Shown here in pieces: positions 35,440-45,302 of a DNA stretch of 47,466 nucleotides. The notes below the pieces were generated by a model. The model was not told the origin of the DNA, ran no database searches, and was given only the letters and a program-made list of their open reading frames with translations. Positions within the stretch are counted from its first letter, which is position 1. Each line of letters starts with the position of its first letter. This stretch comes from Actinomycetes bacterium (GTDB lineage Bacteria; Actinomycetota; Humimicrobiia; JAHJRV01): positions 1 to 47,466 of the forward strand of contig JAUWOM010000001.1 of the NCBI GenBank assembly GCA_030612085.1. Reading direction: 5' to 3'. The translations under genes were made by a program, and so were the position numbers.

Positions 35440-37167
35440 ATGGGAATCATCAGAAGAGCTAAGGATAAATTTAGACCTATATTTATTTTCCTAATCATCA
35501 TCTTATCCTTTCTAATTTTATCTTATCGTTTGATTAACCTACAAGTTTTAGAGGCTCAAGAATATGATGATTTTGCAACTAATCAACACGATAGAGATTA
35601 TAACCTATTTGCTCAACGTGGTAAGATCTACGATAAAAATGGAAAGGAGTTAGCTCTCAGTTTACATCAGGTTACATTATTCGCTAATCCTTATTTTGTG
35701 AAGGATCCATTGAATGATGCCATCAAACTAAGTGAAATATTAAATATGGATGTAGAAAGTTTGAAAGAGAAACTTTCAAGATCCAATAGTGGGTTTGAAT
35801 ATATTACTCGTAAAATCAGCCCTGAGTTAGCAAACAGAGTTATGGAATTAAATTTAGATGGGATCTACAGTGCCAGGGAAGATAAAAGATTTTATCCAAA
35901 GGATTCTCAGGCTTGTCATTTAATTGGTTTTGTGGGATTAGATAATAAAGGTCTTGCAGGACTTGAGTTGGAATATGAAAAGCAGCTTCATGGAGTCGAT
36001 GGAAAGATGACTGCGAAACAGGATGGTTTAGGAAGGATTATTCCTGGAACATATAAACTAAAATCAGACCCTGAAGATGGCTATGATGTACATTTAACAA
36101 TTGATGAAAATATTCAATTTTACACTGAGTCCAGATTGAAAAAAGGTATTGAAGAAACTGTAGCTAAGAGAGGAACTATAATAATAATGCAACCAAAAAC
36201 TGGGGAGATTTTTGCTATGGCTAATTATCCCGATTTTGATTCAAACGGGTTCAATCAGTCAAATTCCGATAGTTTAAAAAATCTTGCAATATCTTATAAT
36301 TTTGAACCAGGTTCAATTTTGAAATTTGTAACAGCTTCATCTGCTATAGACTCTGGTTCTATATCAAAAGAAATGGTTTTTCATCTCCCACCTACAATAA
36401 AAGTTGGAGGAAGAGTAATAAGTGAACCTTTTAGACAAGTAGCAAAAGACTATTCAGTTGCTGATATCTTAATTAATTCTGCAAATGTTGGAGCTGTGAT
36501 TTTAGCACAGCAAATGAGTGATGAAGTTTATTATAATTATCTTTCTAAGTTTGGATTTGGACAATCTACAGGAATTGACTTACCCGGAGAGGAAATTGGA
36601 GTATTTAATCACTATAGTCAATGGTCAGGTTCAAGCAAAGCTACAATAAGTTTTGGTCAGGGAATATCAGTAACTCCAATTCAACTACTTCGAGCCTTAT
36701 GCACTATTTTAAATGACGGAGTTGCACCAAACCCTTATATAGTTAAAAAAATCTATGGAAAGAATGGAGATATAGATTATTTTCCAAAACCAGAGATTGC
36801 TGAAAAAAGAGTAATTTCTTCTGAAACTGCTGAGGCTATAAAATCTATATTGATAAGAGTCGTGGAGGAGGGAACCGGGAAGAATGCTAAAATTGAAGGT
36901 TATAAAGTTGGTGGAAAAACAGGTACTGCTCAAAAGCCTATAGAGGGTGGAAGAGGATATCATAGTGGTATAAGTATAACCTCCTTTATGGGATTTGCTC
37001 CAGGGGATGATCCAGCTTTAGCTTGTATTGTTATGATAGATGAGCCCTCTACTGCAAAAGGACCTGTATGGGGTAGTACTGTTGCAGCACCTATATTTAA
37101 AGATGTAATGAGTTTTACCCTGGAATATCTTCGAATTCCCCCTTTAACTACCGATATTGAACAATAA
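35440..37167 (+). CDS. ftsI: Peptidoglycan D,D-transpeptidase (class B PBP, FtsI-like)
   Basis: N-terminal TM anchor and dimerisation domain. Transpeptidase motifs SILK (SxxK), SAN (SxN) and KTGT. Confidence 0.85.
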   Translation: MGIIRRAKDKFRPIFIFLIIILSFLILSYRLINLQVLEAQEYDDFATNQHDRDYNLFAQRGKIYDKNGKELALSLHQVTLFANPYFVKDPLNDAIKLSEILNMDVESLKEKLSRSNSGFEYITRKISPELANRVMELNLDGIYSAREDKRFYPKDSQACHLIGFVGLDNKGLAGLELEYEKQLHGVDGKMTAKQDGLGRIIPGTYKLKSDPEDGYDVHLTIDENIQFYTESRLKKGIEETVAKRGTIIIMQPKTGEIFAMANYPDFDSNGFNQSNSDSLKNLAISYNFEPGSILKFVTASSAIDSGSISKEMVFHLPPTIKVGGRVISEPFRQVAKDYSVADILINSANVGAVILAQQMSDEVYYNYLSKFGFGQSTGIDLPGEEIGVFNHYSQWSGSSKATISFGQGISVTPIQLLRALCTILNDGVAPNPYIVKKIYGKNGDIDYFPKPEIAEKRVISSETAEAIKSILIRVVEEGTGKNAKIEGYKVGGKTGTAQKPIEGGRGYHSGISITSFMGFAPGDDPALACIVMIDEPSTAKGPVWGSTVAAPIFKDVMSFTLEYLRIPPLTTDIEQ

Positions 37168-37319
37168 ATTTTGTGCTAAAATTTTAAATAAATCTTGAAG
37201 CCATTTTTTTTGTTTTTTAATCTAAATGGGTTAAAATGATAAAATATTTTTAAATATTATTCTGAAAAAGTCATGGTATCAAGAATTTTACTTTTGAATT
37301 TTAAAATTGATTTAAGAGA

Positions 37320-38801
37320 ATGTTATTAAAAGAGCTGATAAAAGAAATAAAAACAATTAAAACCAGTGGTAATTTAGATACCTTAATAAGTGGAATTTCA
37401 TATGATTCCAGAAAAATCTTAAAAAGTAACCTGTTTGTATCTATAAAAGGGATAAAAACTGATGGTCATCTATATATCAAGGAAGCTTTAAAGAGGGGGG
37501 CAAAAGCCTTTGTAGTAGAAAAATGGCAGGAAGATATTAAGAAACATCCCCAAATTCTTGTGAAAAATTCAAGAGTTGCTTTAGCACAATTTACAAATAT
37601 ATTTTATAAGAATCCATCATCAGATATTAAATTGATAGGAGTTACAGGTACAAACGGGAAGACAACTACAACATTTTTAATTGAATCAATTCTGAATCAA
37701 TCTGGCAGCAAAACTGGTTTAATAGGAACAATTGAATATAGGATTGGAGAAGACAGGATTGTTGGAGAAAGAACTACACCAGAATCCTCTGATTTATGCA
37801 TTATTTTAAGAAAGATGATAAGTAAGGGTGTAAAAAATTGTGTTATGGAAGTTTCTTCACATGCTTTAGATCTGCACAGAGTTGATTTTTTTAACTTTTA
37901 TGGAGTTGTTTTTACCAATCTAAGTCATGAACACCTGGATTATCACTGTGATATAAGAAACTATTTTGAAGCAAAGAAGAAACTATTTACAGGTGAAAAT
38001 AATATAAGTGCTAAATTTGCAATTATAAACTGTGATGATAAATGGGGATTTGAGATATCAAAATTAACAAGATTTAAGCAGATAAAATACTCTATAAAGA
38101 GGAAAGCTGATATTTATGCGAAAGACATTGCCTTCTCGCTAAATGGAACTAAATTTTCAGTAGTAACTCCTATAGGTAGTTTTAGGATTAATACAGAATT
38201 AGTTGGTGAGTTTAATGTATACAACATTTTAGCTGCTATCTCTACAGCTGTCAGCATGAGAATAGATGTCAAAGACATCCAAAAGGGAATTGAACTAATA
38301 AAGAATATACCTGGAAGATTCGAAAAAATAGATGAAGGTCAACCGTTTTCTGTAATTGTGGACTATGCCCATACTCCTGCTGGTATAAAGAGTATGATAA
38401 AGACTATCAGGAAGCTTTCCAAAGGGAAAATAATTTCACTTTTTGGATGTGGTGGAGATAGGGATAAAGCAAAAAGACCAATAATGGGAGAGATATCAGG
38501 AAGATTAAGTGATTTTGTAATTATTACTTCAGACAATCCACGCTCAGAAAAAGAAGAAGTGATTTCATCTGAGATTAAAAAAGGTATATTAAAAACAAAA
38601 GCTGAACATTCTTATTTAATTGAATTAGATCGTAAAAAAGCTATAGAGATTGCATTAAAAAAGGCAAATATGGGGGATACTGTTCTTATTTTAGGTAAAG
38701 GACATGAAAATTATCAACAGTTTTCAAATTACTCTATTGAATTTGATGATAGAGAGATTTCCAGAGAAATGTTAAGGGAGATGAAATCAGAATGGAATTA
38801 A
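37320..38801 (+). CDS. murE: UDP-N-acetylmuramoyl-L-alanyl-D-glutamate--2,6-diaminopimelate ligase
   Basis: P-loop GVTGTNGKTTT. The DNPR motif (TSDNPRSE) is typical of meso-DAP-adding MurE. Confidence 0.9.
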   Translation: MLLKELIKEIKTIKTSGNLDTLISGISYDSRKILKSNLFVSIKGIKTDGHLYIKEALKRGAKAFVVEKWQEDIKKHPQILVKNSRVALAQFTNIFYKNPSSDIKLIGVTGTNGKTTTTFLIESILNQSGSKTGLIGTIEYRIGEDRIVGERTTPESSDLCIILRKMISKGVKNCVMEVSSHALDLHRVDFFNFYGVVFTNLSHEHLDYHCDIRNYFEAKKKLFTGENNISAKFAIINCDDKWGFEISKLTRFKQIKYSIKRKADIYAKDIAFSLNGTKFSVVTPIGSFRINTELVGEFNVYNILAAISTAVSMRIDVKDIQKGIELIKNIPGRFEKIDEGQPFSVIVDYAHTPAGIKSMIKTIRKLSKGKIISLFGCGGDRDKAKRPIMGEISGRLSDFVIITSDNPRSEKEEVISSEIKKGILKTKAEHSYLIELDRKKAIEIALKKANMGDTVLILGKGHENYQQFSNYSIEFDDREISREMLREMKSEWN

Positions 38802-40198
38802 GTTTAAAAGAATTAACAAAAGTAGTAAAAGGAAAGATTATTTCTGGGAATCCTGGATCTATTATAAAGAGTATTTCTATTGATAGTAGAACTCTAGGTA
38901 AAGGAGATTTTTTTATACCACTTTTGGGTGAAAAATGCGATGGTCATCAGTTTATTAATAAAGCTCTATCAAAAGGAGCTATTGGTTTTTTAACATCAAT
39001 GGATGAAAATAAGATTAATTTCAAAAGAGAAATATATTTAAATAAGATAATTATACTCGTTGAGAATACTCAAGAAGCATTGGAAGAGATGGCTAAATAT
39101 GTAAGAAAAATAAGTAGATATGAAGTTGTTGCAATAACTGGTAGTGTTGGAAAAACTGTTACCAAGGAAATAATTAAATCAGTGTTAAAACAAAAATTCA
39201 AAGTGGGATGTGCTCCTGAAAATTATAATACTGAAATTGGAGTACCGCTTACCATTCTTTCATATAATAACGATATTCAGATTTTAATATTAGAATTAGC
39301 AATGAGGGGATTAAATCAAATTACTCGTTTAGCTAAAATTTGCAAACCAAAAATAGGAGTAATGACTTTGATTAATAATACTCACATTGAACTTTTAGGA
39401 ACAGTTGAAAACATTATTAAAGCAAAAAGTGAATTGATTAAAGCAATTCCAAAAGATGGTGTTACTATCCTTTGCAGGGATGATAAATGGTATACATTAT
39501 TCTCATCAATCAGCAATTCAAAAGTAGTTAATTATGGATTAAGTAATGATAGTCAAGTTTCAGCCAAAGATATTACGTTAAATGAAATGGCTAAACCAAG
39601 ATTTAAACTATGTTTTAATGATAAGCAGGTAGATATAAATCTTCCAATAACCGGGGATCAGTATGTTTTAAATTCCCTGGCTGCTGCAGCAGTTGGTATA
39701 TGTTATGGAATGGATCTTAATCAAATTAAGAAGGGATTAGAATCTGTTAAACCATTTAAAATGAGGATGCAGATTGAGGAGGGTAAGAAGAATATTTTGT
39801 TAATTAATGATTCTTATAATGCCAATCCAACATCAATGAAGGCAGCGATTAAAGTACTTTCATATTTAAAACAGAAAAGAAAAAGAAGATCTGTTGCAAT
39901 TTTAGGTGATATGTTAGAGTTGGGAAAATTTAGCGAGATTTCTCATATGAATATTGGTAAATTTATTGTTAGACAAAATGTTGATTTATTACTAACAAGA
40001 GGAGAAAATGCAAAAATGATTTCACAAACTGCCTTATCAAATGGTATGTCTAAAGATCAAGTTTATCAATTCTCTTCGAATGATGAGATAAAAGAAAATA
40101 TTTTAAACTTAATAAAATCTAAAGATATAGTTTTGGTTAAGGCTTCAAGAGCAATGGCTTTTGATGAAATTGCAGATTTTCTAACTGTTCATAATTAA
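38792..40198 (+). CDS. murF: UDP-N-acetylmuramoyl-tripeptide--D-alanyl-D-alanine ligase
   Basis: P-loop ITGSVGKT, Mur ligase middle and C-terminal domains (INDSYNANPTSM), and the position after murE (10-nt overlap). Confidence 0.9.
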   Translation: MELSLKELTKVVKGKIISGNPGSIIKSISIDSRTLGKGDFFIPLLGEKCDGHQFINKALSKGAIGFLTSMDENKINFKREIYLNKIIILVENTQEALEEMAKYVRKISRYEVVAITGSVGKTVTKEIIKSVLKQKFKVGCAPENYNTEIGVPLTILSYNNDIQILILELAMRGLNQITRLAKICKPKIGVMTLINNTHIELLGTVENIIKAKSELIKAIPKDGVTILCRDDKWYTLFSSISNSKVVNYGLSNDSQVSAKDITLNEMAKPRFKLCFNDKQVDINLPITGDQYVLNSLAAAAVGICYGMDLNQIKKGLESVKPFKMRMQIEEGKKNILLINDSYNANPTSMKAAIKVLSYLKQKRKRRSVAILGDMLELGKFSEISHMNIGKFIVRQNVDLLLTRGENAKMISQTALSNGMSKDQVYQFSSNDEIKENILNLIKSKDIVLVKASRAMAFDEIADFLTVHN

Positions 40199-40318
40199 AA
40201 TTTATATTATATCTTTAATTGATAATTGTAAAATTAGTTTCTATCTAAAATACAAAAAATAAAATAAAATAAGATAAAAAATGAAGAATATAAAATTTAA
40301 ACTTATAGGAAGGTTTAA

Positions 40319-41338
40319 TTGAGCTATATAATTGTCGCTGCTACAATAGCTGGAATTTTATCAATAATCGCTGCACCTTTTTGGGTAAAATTTCAAAGGT
40401 CAAGAAAAATAGGGCAGAAAATCAGAGTTGATGGTCCTCAAACTCATATGGTAAAAACTGGAACTCCTACAATGGGTGGGTTCATTATATTAATTACTGC
40501 AACAATCGGTTATTTAGTTGCCATTTTTGCTCATTATTTAAAACATCCAGAAGAACCAATATCTTTTGAAGGCATTTTAGCTCTAATTGTTTTTATATTG
40601 TGTGGATTAGTTGGACTTGCTGATGATTATCTATCAATTAAAAAGGATAGATCATTAGGATTAACTGCAAGATATAAACTTCTTTTCCAGTTACTTATTT
40701 CTATTTTTTTTATATTCCTTTTAATAGTATTTTGTGATGTTGATACTAAATTGGAAATTCCGCTAATTAATCGCTCAATAGAACTGGGATTTGGATATTA
40801 TATTTTGATTCCTATAATGATTTTATCTGCAACTAATGCTGTAAATTTAACAGATGGATTAGATGGATTAGTAGCGGGAACAACAGCTGCTGTTTTAGCA
40901 GTTTTCACATTAATAGCATATGTTCTTTGGAACACTAATACATATCAATATGGATTAGATTTGGCTGTCTTATCAGCAGCAATAATGGCAGCATCAATTG
41001 GACTGCTCTGGTGGAATGCAGCACCAGCAGACATTTTTTTAGGAGATACAGGCTCATTAAGTCTGGGTGCTATAATTGCAACACTTGCAATACTTTTAAA
41101 GGTTGAGTTCTACTTAATTATAATTGGAGGATTATTTGTAATAGAAACAGTTTCAGTAATAATCCAGGTTTTATATTTCAAATTTACGAAAAAAAGAGTT
41201 TTTCTGATGGCTCCGATACATCACCATTTTGAATTATTAGGTTGGCCAGAAATAAAGATTATTATTAGATTTTGGTTAATATCATTGATTTTTGCTCTTA
41301 TAGGATACTTACTCTTTTATATTAAATTTATAGACTAA
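40319..41338 (+). CDS. mraY: Phospho-N-acetylmuramoyl-pentapeptide transferase
   Basis: Polytopic protein with NAVNLTDGLDGL, GDTGSLSLG and MAPIHHHFE motifs. TTG start. Confidence 0.9.
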   Translation: MSYIIVAATIAGILSIIAAPFWVKFQRSRKIGQKIRVDGPQTHMVKTGTPTMGGFIILITATIGYLVAIFAHYLKHPEEPISFEGILALIVFILCGLVGLADDYLSIKKDRSLGLTARYKLLFQLLISIFFIFLLIVFCDVDTKLEIPLINRSIELGFGYYILIPIMILSATNAVNLTDGLDGLVAGTTAAVLAVFTLIAYVLWNTNTYQYGLDLAVLSAAIMAASIGLLWWNAAPADIFLGDTGSLSLGAIIATLAILLKVEFYLIIIGGLFVIETVSVIIQVLYFKFTKKRVFLMAPIHHHFELLGWPEIKIIIRFWLISLIFALIGYLLFYIKFID

Positions 41339-41364
41339 TTACATTTAATTTTTTATTCTCTATT

Positions 41365-42729
41365 ATGAAAGATATTACAAAAGAATTAGTTGGTAAAAAG
41401 CTTCTTATAATAGGTTTAGGAAGAAGTGGGATAAGTACTACACTATTCTTGAATAAGATTGGAGCAAAGGTTCTTACAAACGATATAAAAGATAAGGATG
41501 AGCTAACAAGCGTAGTTAGAATGCTAAACTGTTTAGGAATAGATTTTGTGGGTGGACATCATAAAAATTGGTTACTGGATGAGGTTGAGTTAATTATAGT
41601 AAGTCCAGGAGTTCCCGCAGATTTACCTTTGTTAAAAATTGCCAATAAAAAAGGTATTGATGTATGGAGTGAAGTTGAGTTAGCTGCAAAATTTATATCT
41701 GCTCCAATAATAGGGGTAACTGGTACTAATGGAAAAACATTAGCTGTTTCTCTGATTGGTGATATATATAGGTCTGCTAAAAAGGAAAGTTTAGTTGCAG
41801 GAAATATTGGGAATCCTTTAATTGATATAGTGGATAAAATTTCAAAAAATGGAAGAGTAATTGCTGAAATAAGCAGTTTTCAATTAGAGTGGATTGAGCA
41901 ATTTAAACCGTATATAGGAGTTCTTTTAAACATTTCTTCAAACCATCTGGATAGACATTATAATCTAAATGAATATACTAAATTAAAATTAAGAATTTTT
42001 TCAAACCAAACAGAAAAAGATTTTGCAATTTTAAATTATGATGACCCTTTAATAAAATCACATGAAAAGAATTTAATGTCTCAACCAATATTTTTTAGTA
42101 ATAAGGGAGTTCCTAAAAATGGAATAGGAATAGAAGATAATACAATAGTTTCTAATATATCTAATAGGAAAATAATATGTAAAATATCAGAACTTCCATT
42201 TCCACATCACCATTTAACAAGTGTACTTTCAGCAATAGCAGTTTCAATTTTAGATGATATAGATATAGATGTTATTGTGGATGTTCTTAAAGATTATAAA
42301 GGCCTTCCACATAGGATGGAGTATGTTGGAAGGATAAAGGGAGTATTTATTTATAATGATTCTAAAGCAACAAATCCACAATCAACCATAGCAGCCTTAA
42401 GATCCTTTAAAAAACCAGTAATTTTAATAGCAGGTGGAAGGGATAAAAAAATGGACTTTTCTGAGTTGGGAAAAGAGATTGATGTAAATGTAAAGACATT
42501 AATACTCATAGGGGAGACATCGGATATAATAGCCTCAACTTTGAGTAAAGATAGGGAAAATAAATTGTTTTTTGCTAAAGATATTAAAGATGCTGTAAAA
42601 ATAGCTTTTAAGCAATGTAATGAGAAGGACATTATTTTATTATCCCCAGCATGTGCAAGTTTTGACATGTTTAGAGATTACAAAGAAAGAGGAGAAGTAT
42701 TCAAGAGAGAGGTTCTTAAGATAAGTTAA
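41365..42729 (+). CDS. murD: UDP-N-acetylmuramoylalanine--D-glutamate ligase
   Basis: N-terminal Rossmann GLGRSG, P-loop GVTGTNGKT, and the dcw position. Confidence 0.9.
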   Translation: MKDITKELVGKKLLIIGLGRSGISTTLFLNKIGAKVLTNDIKDKDELTSVVRMLNCLGIDFVGGHHKNWLLDEVELIIVSPGVPADLPLLKIANKKGIDVWSEVELAAKFISAPIIGVTGTNGKTLAVSLIGDIYRSAKKESLVAGNIGNPLIDIVDKISKNGRVIAEISSFQLEWIEQFKPYIGVLLNISSNHLDRHYNLNEYTKLKLRIFSNQTEKDFAILNYDDPLIKSHEKNLMSQPIFFSNKGVPKNGIGIEDNTIVSNISNRKIICKISELPFPHHHLTSVLSAIAVSILDDIDIDVIVDVLKDYKGLPHRMEYVGRIKGVFIYNDSKATNPQSTIAALRSFKKPVILIAGGRDKKMDFSELGKEIDVNVKTLILIGETSDIIASTLSKDRENKLFFAKDIKDAVKIAFKQCNEKDIILLSPACASFDMFRDYKERGEVFKREVLKIS

Positions 42730-42757
42730 TAAGTAAGTAAGTAAGGGATGCACTTTT

Positions 42758-43897
42758 ATGGAAAGAATTAAATTTTCGAAAGAATATTTCACCATATTAA
42801 TATCAACTATTCTTCTATTTACAATTGGGATAATTATGATATCCAGTTCTTCTACGGAGTATTCAAGAAGATATTTTGATGATTCATTTTATCTTTTGAA
42901 AAAGCATCTTCTTCATGCCATGGCTGGAATAGTGGTTTTAGCTTTTGTGATGAATATCCCATTTAATAAATATCGTTATCTATCATATCTTTTGATATTT
43001 GTAAATGTAATATTGTTGATATTGGTATTAATTCCGGAAATAGGTATCAGTGCAGGGGGCTCTCGAAGTTGGATAGATCTGGGAATTTTTTCCCTACAAC
43101 CCTCAGAATTTGCAAAAATAAGTTTAATTATTTTTGCTTCGGACATTTTGGTTAGGAAGAAGAAGTCCATTAATAGATTTATACACTTAGTAATTCCACT
43201 ACTTTTAATTTCAGCTATAATTACGTATTTAATTTTTTTACAACCTGATTTGGGTACAGCGGTAATAATATGGTTATCTCTTTTTGTCATCCTTTTCACT
43301 GGTAAAGTTAAATTTCGACACTTACTATTGATTTTGATAATCTGGCTTTTAATTGTTGGTGTCTATATTACAAAGGCAGAATACAGAATGGAAAGAATTA
43401 CCAGTTTTTTATCTGAATATTCAAGTGAAGATACTGATACAAATAGTGATAATTATCAATTAAAACAAGCTCTTATAGCTTTGGGATCTGGAGGTATTTT
43501 TGGTAAAGGCCTTGGTAAGAGTATACAAAAATTGGCTTATTTACCTAATCCTCATACTGATTTTATATTTGCAATAATAGGCGAAGAGTTAGGTTTAATA
43601 GGCTCTCTTTTTGTGGTTGTTTTGTATTTAGTATTTGCTATTGCTGGAATGTCTTTATGTCTTCGTACTAAAAATCAACTTGGCAAATTATTAGCAGTTG
43701 GAATTACAATATATATAGTTGGACAGGCATTAATAAATATAGGTGTTGTAAGTGGATTGCTACCTGTAACTGGTGTACCTCTTCCACTTATAAGTACTGG
43801 AGGTTCGTCATTAATTACATCTTTAGTATCAATTGGAATATTATTAAATATTGCAAAGGGAGAAAAGAGTGAGTTAGATTATGAAGATAATGATTAG
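42758..43897 (+). CDS. ftsW: SEDS-family peptidoglycan glycosyltransferase FtsW
   Basis: About 10 TM helices, with HTDFIFAIIGEELG and GLLPVTGVPLPLISTGGSS motifs. Located between murD and murG. Confidence 0.85.
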   Translation: MERIKFSKEYFTILISTILLFTIGIIMISSSSTEYSRRYFDDSFYLLKKHLLHAMAGIVVLAFVMNIPFNKYRYLSYLLIFVNVILLILVLIPEIGISAGGSRSWIDLGIFSLQPSEFAKISLIIFASDILVRKKKSINRFIHLVIPLLLISAIITYLIFLQPDLGTAVIIWLSLFVILFTGKVKFRHLLLILIIWLLIVGVYITKAEYRMERITSFLSEYSSEDTDTNSDNYQLKQALIALGSGGIFGKGLGKSIQKLAYLPNPHTDFIFAIIGEELGLIGSLFVVVLYLVFAIAGMSLCLRTKNQLGKLLAVGITIYIVGQALINIGVVSGLLPVTGVPLPLISTGGSSLITSLVSIGILLNIAKGEKSELDYEDND

Positions 43898-44990
43898 CGG
43901 TGGGGGTACGGGTGGTCATATTTATCCCGCAATAGCATTAGCAAAAAAAATTAGAAATATTAAAGATAACATTAAAATTGTATGGGTAGGTACAGAGAGG
44001 AAGTTAGAGAGAAAGTTAATTGCAAAGACAGATTTTCAATTTGAAATAATAAAATCAAGAGGATTCAGAAATAATAATCTTTTTGATAGATTTTATAGCT
44101 TATTACTTTTATCAATTGGTTTTTTTCAGTCAATCTTTTTAATATTGAAATATAAACCTGATGTCATTTTGGGGATGGGTGGATATGCTTGTGCTCCAAC
44201 AGTTCTTGCCGGATCAATTTTAAGGAAAAAGACTGCTTTATTTGAGCCTAATGTAATAATGGGTAGAGCAAATAGATTTTTAAAAAAATGGGTTGATATG
44301 ATTTTTGTCAGTCACAAAAAAACATTAGAAGAGATACCTGATAAAAAGTATAATTTTGTTGGAAATATAGTTAGAGAGGATTTATATAATATTCCCTCAA
44401 AAGAATGGGCTCGAGAATATTTTGGTTTAGATCCAAATAAAAAAACCGTTCTAATTTCTGGTGGAAGTCAAGGGTCACTTGCAATAAATAGATTTATGTT
44501 GGATGTTATCTTATATCTTGACAAAATAAAAGACATTCAATTTTTACACATCACCGGGATAAAAAATTATGAAGGGTTTAAAAAAAGGTTTTTGAGAACT
44601 TTTAAGAATGAAGAGGTTAAAAATTATAAATTTTTACCATATGTTCATGATATGCATTTTGCTTACGCAGCATCAGATTTAGTTATTTGTCGGGCGGGAG
44701 CAAATACCATATCCGAGATCATCTGTCTGGGTATTTCTTCTATATTAATACCATTTCCATATGCAATTGATGATCATCAAATAATAAATGCAAAAATTTT
44801 AAAAGATATAGATGCAGCAATAGTTATACCAGAAAATAAATTAAGTGCAACAGATTTATCAGACATTATTTATACGCTAATCAAGGATAAAAAAAGATTG
44901 TGTGAAATGGGAGATCTTGCAAAAACATTACATCAACCAAAGGCAGTTGAGAAAATGTCAAGAGGTTTAATCAAATTAGCAGAAAAATAA
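43881..44990 (+). CDS. murG: Undecaprenyldiphospho-muramoylpentapeptide beta-N-acetylglucosaminyltransferase
   Basis: GGTGGHIYPA G-loop, GGSQGS, and the ICRAGANTISE segment. Overlaps ftsW by 17 nt. Confidence 0.9.
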   Translation: MKIMISGGGTGGHIYPAIALAKKIRNIKDNIKIVWVGTERKLERKLIAKTDFQFEIIKSRGFRNNNLFDRFYSLLLLSIGFFQSIFLILKYKPDVILGMGGYACAPTVLAGSILRKKTALFEPNVIMGRANRFLKKWVDMIFVSHKKTLEEIPDKKYNFVGNIVREDLYNIPSKEWAREYFGLDPNKKTVLISGGSQGSLAINRFMLDVILYLDKIKDIQFLHITGIKNYEGFKKRFLRTFKNEEVKNYKFLPYVHDMHFAYAASDLVICRAGANTISEIICLGISSILIPFPYAIDDHQIINAKILKDIDAAIVIPENKLSATDLSDIIYTLIKDKKRLCEMGDLAKTLHQPKAVEKMSRGLIKLAEK

Positions 44991-45240
44991 AATAAATTAA
45001 GTAATCTTTGAAAGCTTTGGGTATAGTTTCTCGACTAAATGTCTTCGAAACCATACCACAAAGCTCTAATAAAAAATAAATTTAAAAAATAAATTAAATA
45101 ATCTTTAGAAGCTTTGGGCATAGTTTCTTGACTAAAATGTCTTCGAAACCATGCCACAAAGCTCTAATAAAAAATAAATATCTCATTAAAAAAAATAAAT
45201 TAAATAAGCTTTGAAAACTTTGGGCATAATCTCTTGACTG
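44991..45240 (+). repeat. Tandem repeat: two full units (44991-45087, 45088-45193) plus a truncated third (45194-45240). Each full unit carries a 17-bp imperfect hairpin.
   Basis: Hairpins gctttgggtatagtttc...gaaaccataccacaaagc (45014-45064) and gctttgggcatagtttc...gaaaccatgccacaaagc (45111-45162). The units differ by about 6 substitutions and 1 indel. The third unit keeps only the left arm. Confidence 0.85.
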
Positions 45241-45245
45241 TTTAT

Positions 45246-45281
45246 CCTCTCCCCTGGTGGGAGAGGGAAAGGGAGAGGGGG
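45246..45281 (+). repeat. Family B GC-rich REP-like hairpin with a second G-block, in the murC leader
   Basis: cctctccc (45246-45253) pairs with gggagagg (45259-45266) across the loop ctggt. A second gggagaggggg lies at 45271-45281. Same architecture as 6969-7002. Confidence 0.7.
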
Positions 45282-45302
45282 AAGATAAGAATCAATAATA
45301 GA

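Noticed and set aside
45234-45302. N-terminal extension of murC (MTVYPLPWWERERERGKIRINNR) from the track ORF start.
   Set aside because: The peptide is the translation of the GC-rich palindromic repeat. The conserved MurC N-terminus starts later, so I moved the start to the in-frame TTG 45303.
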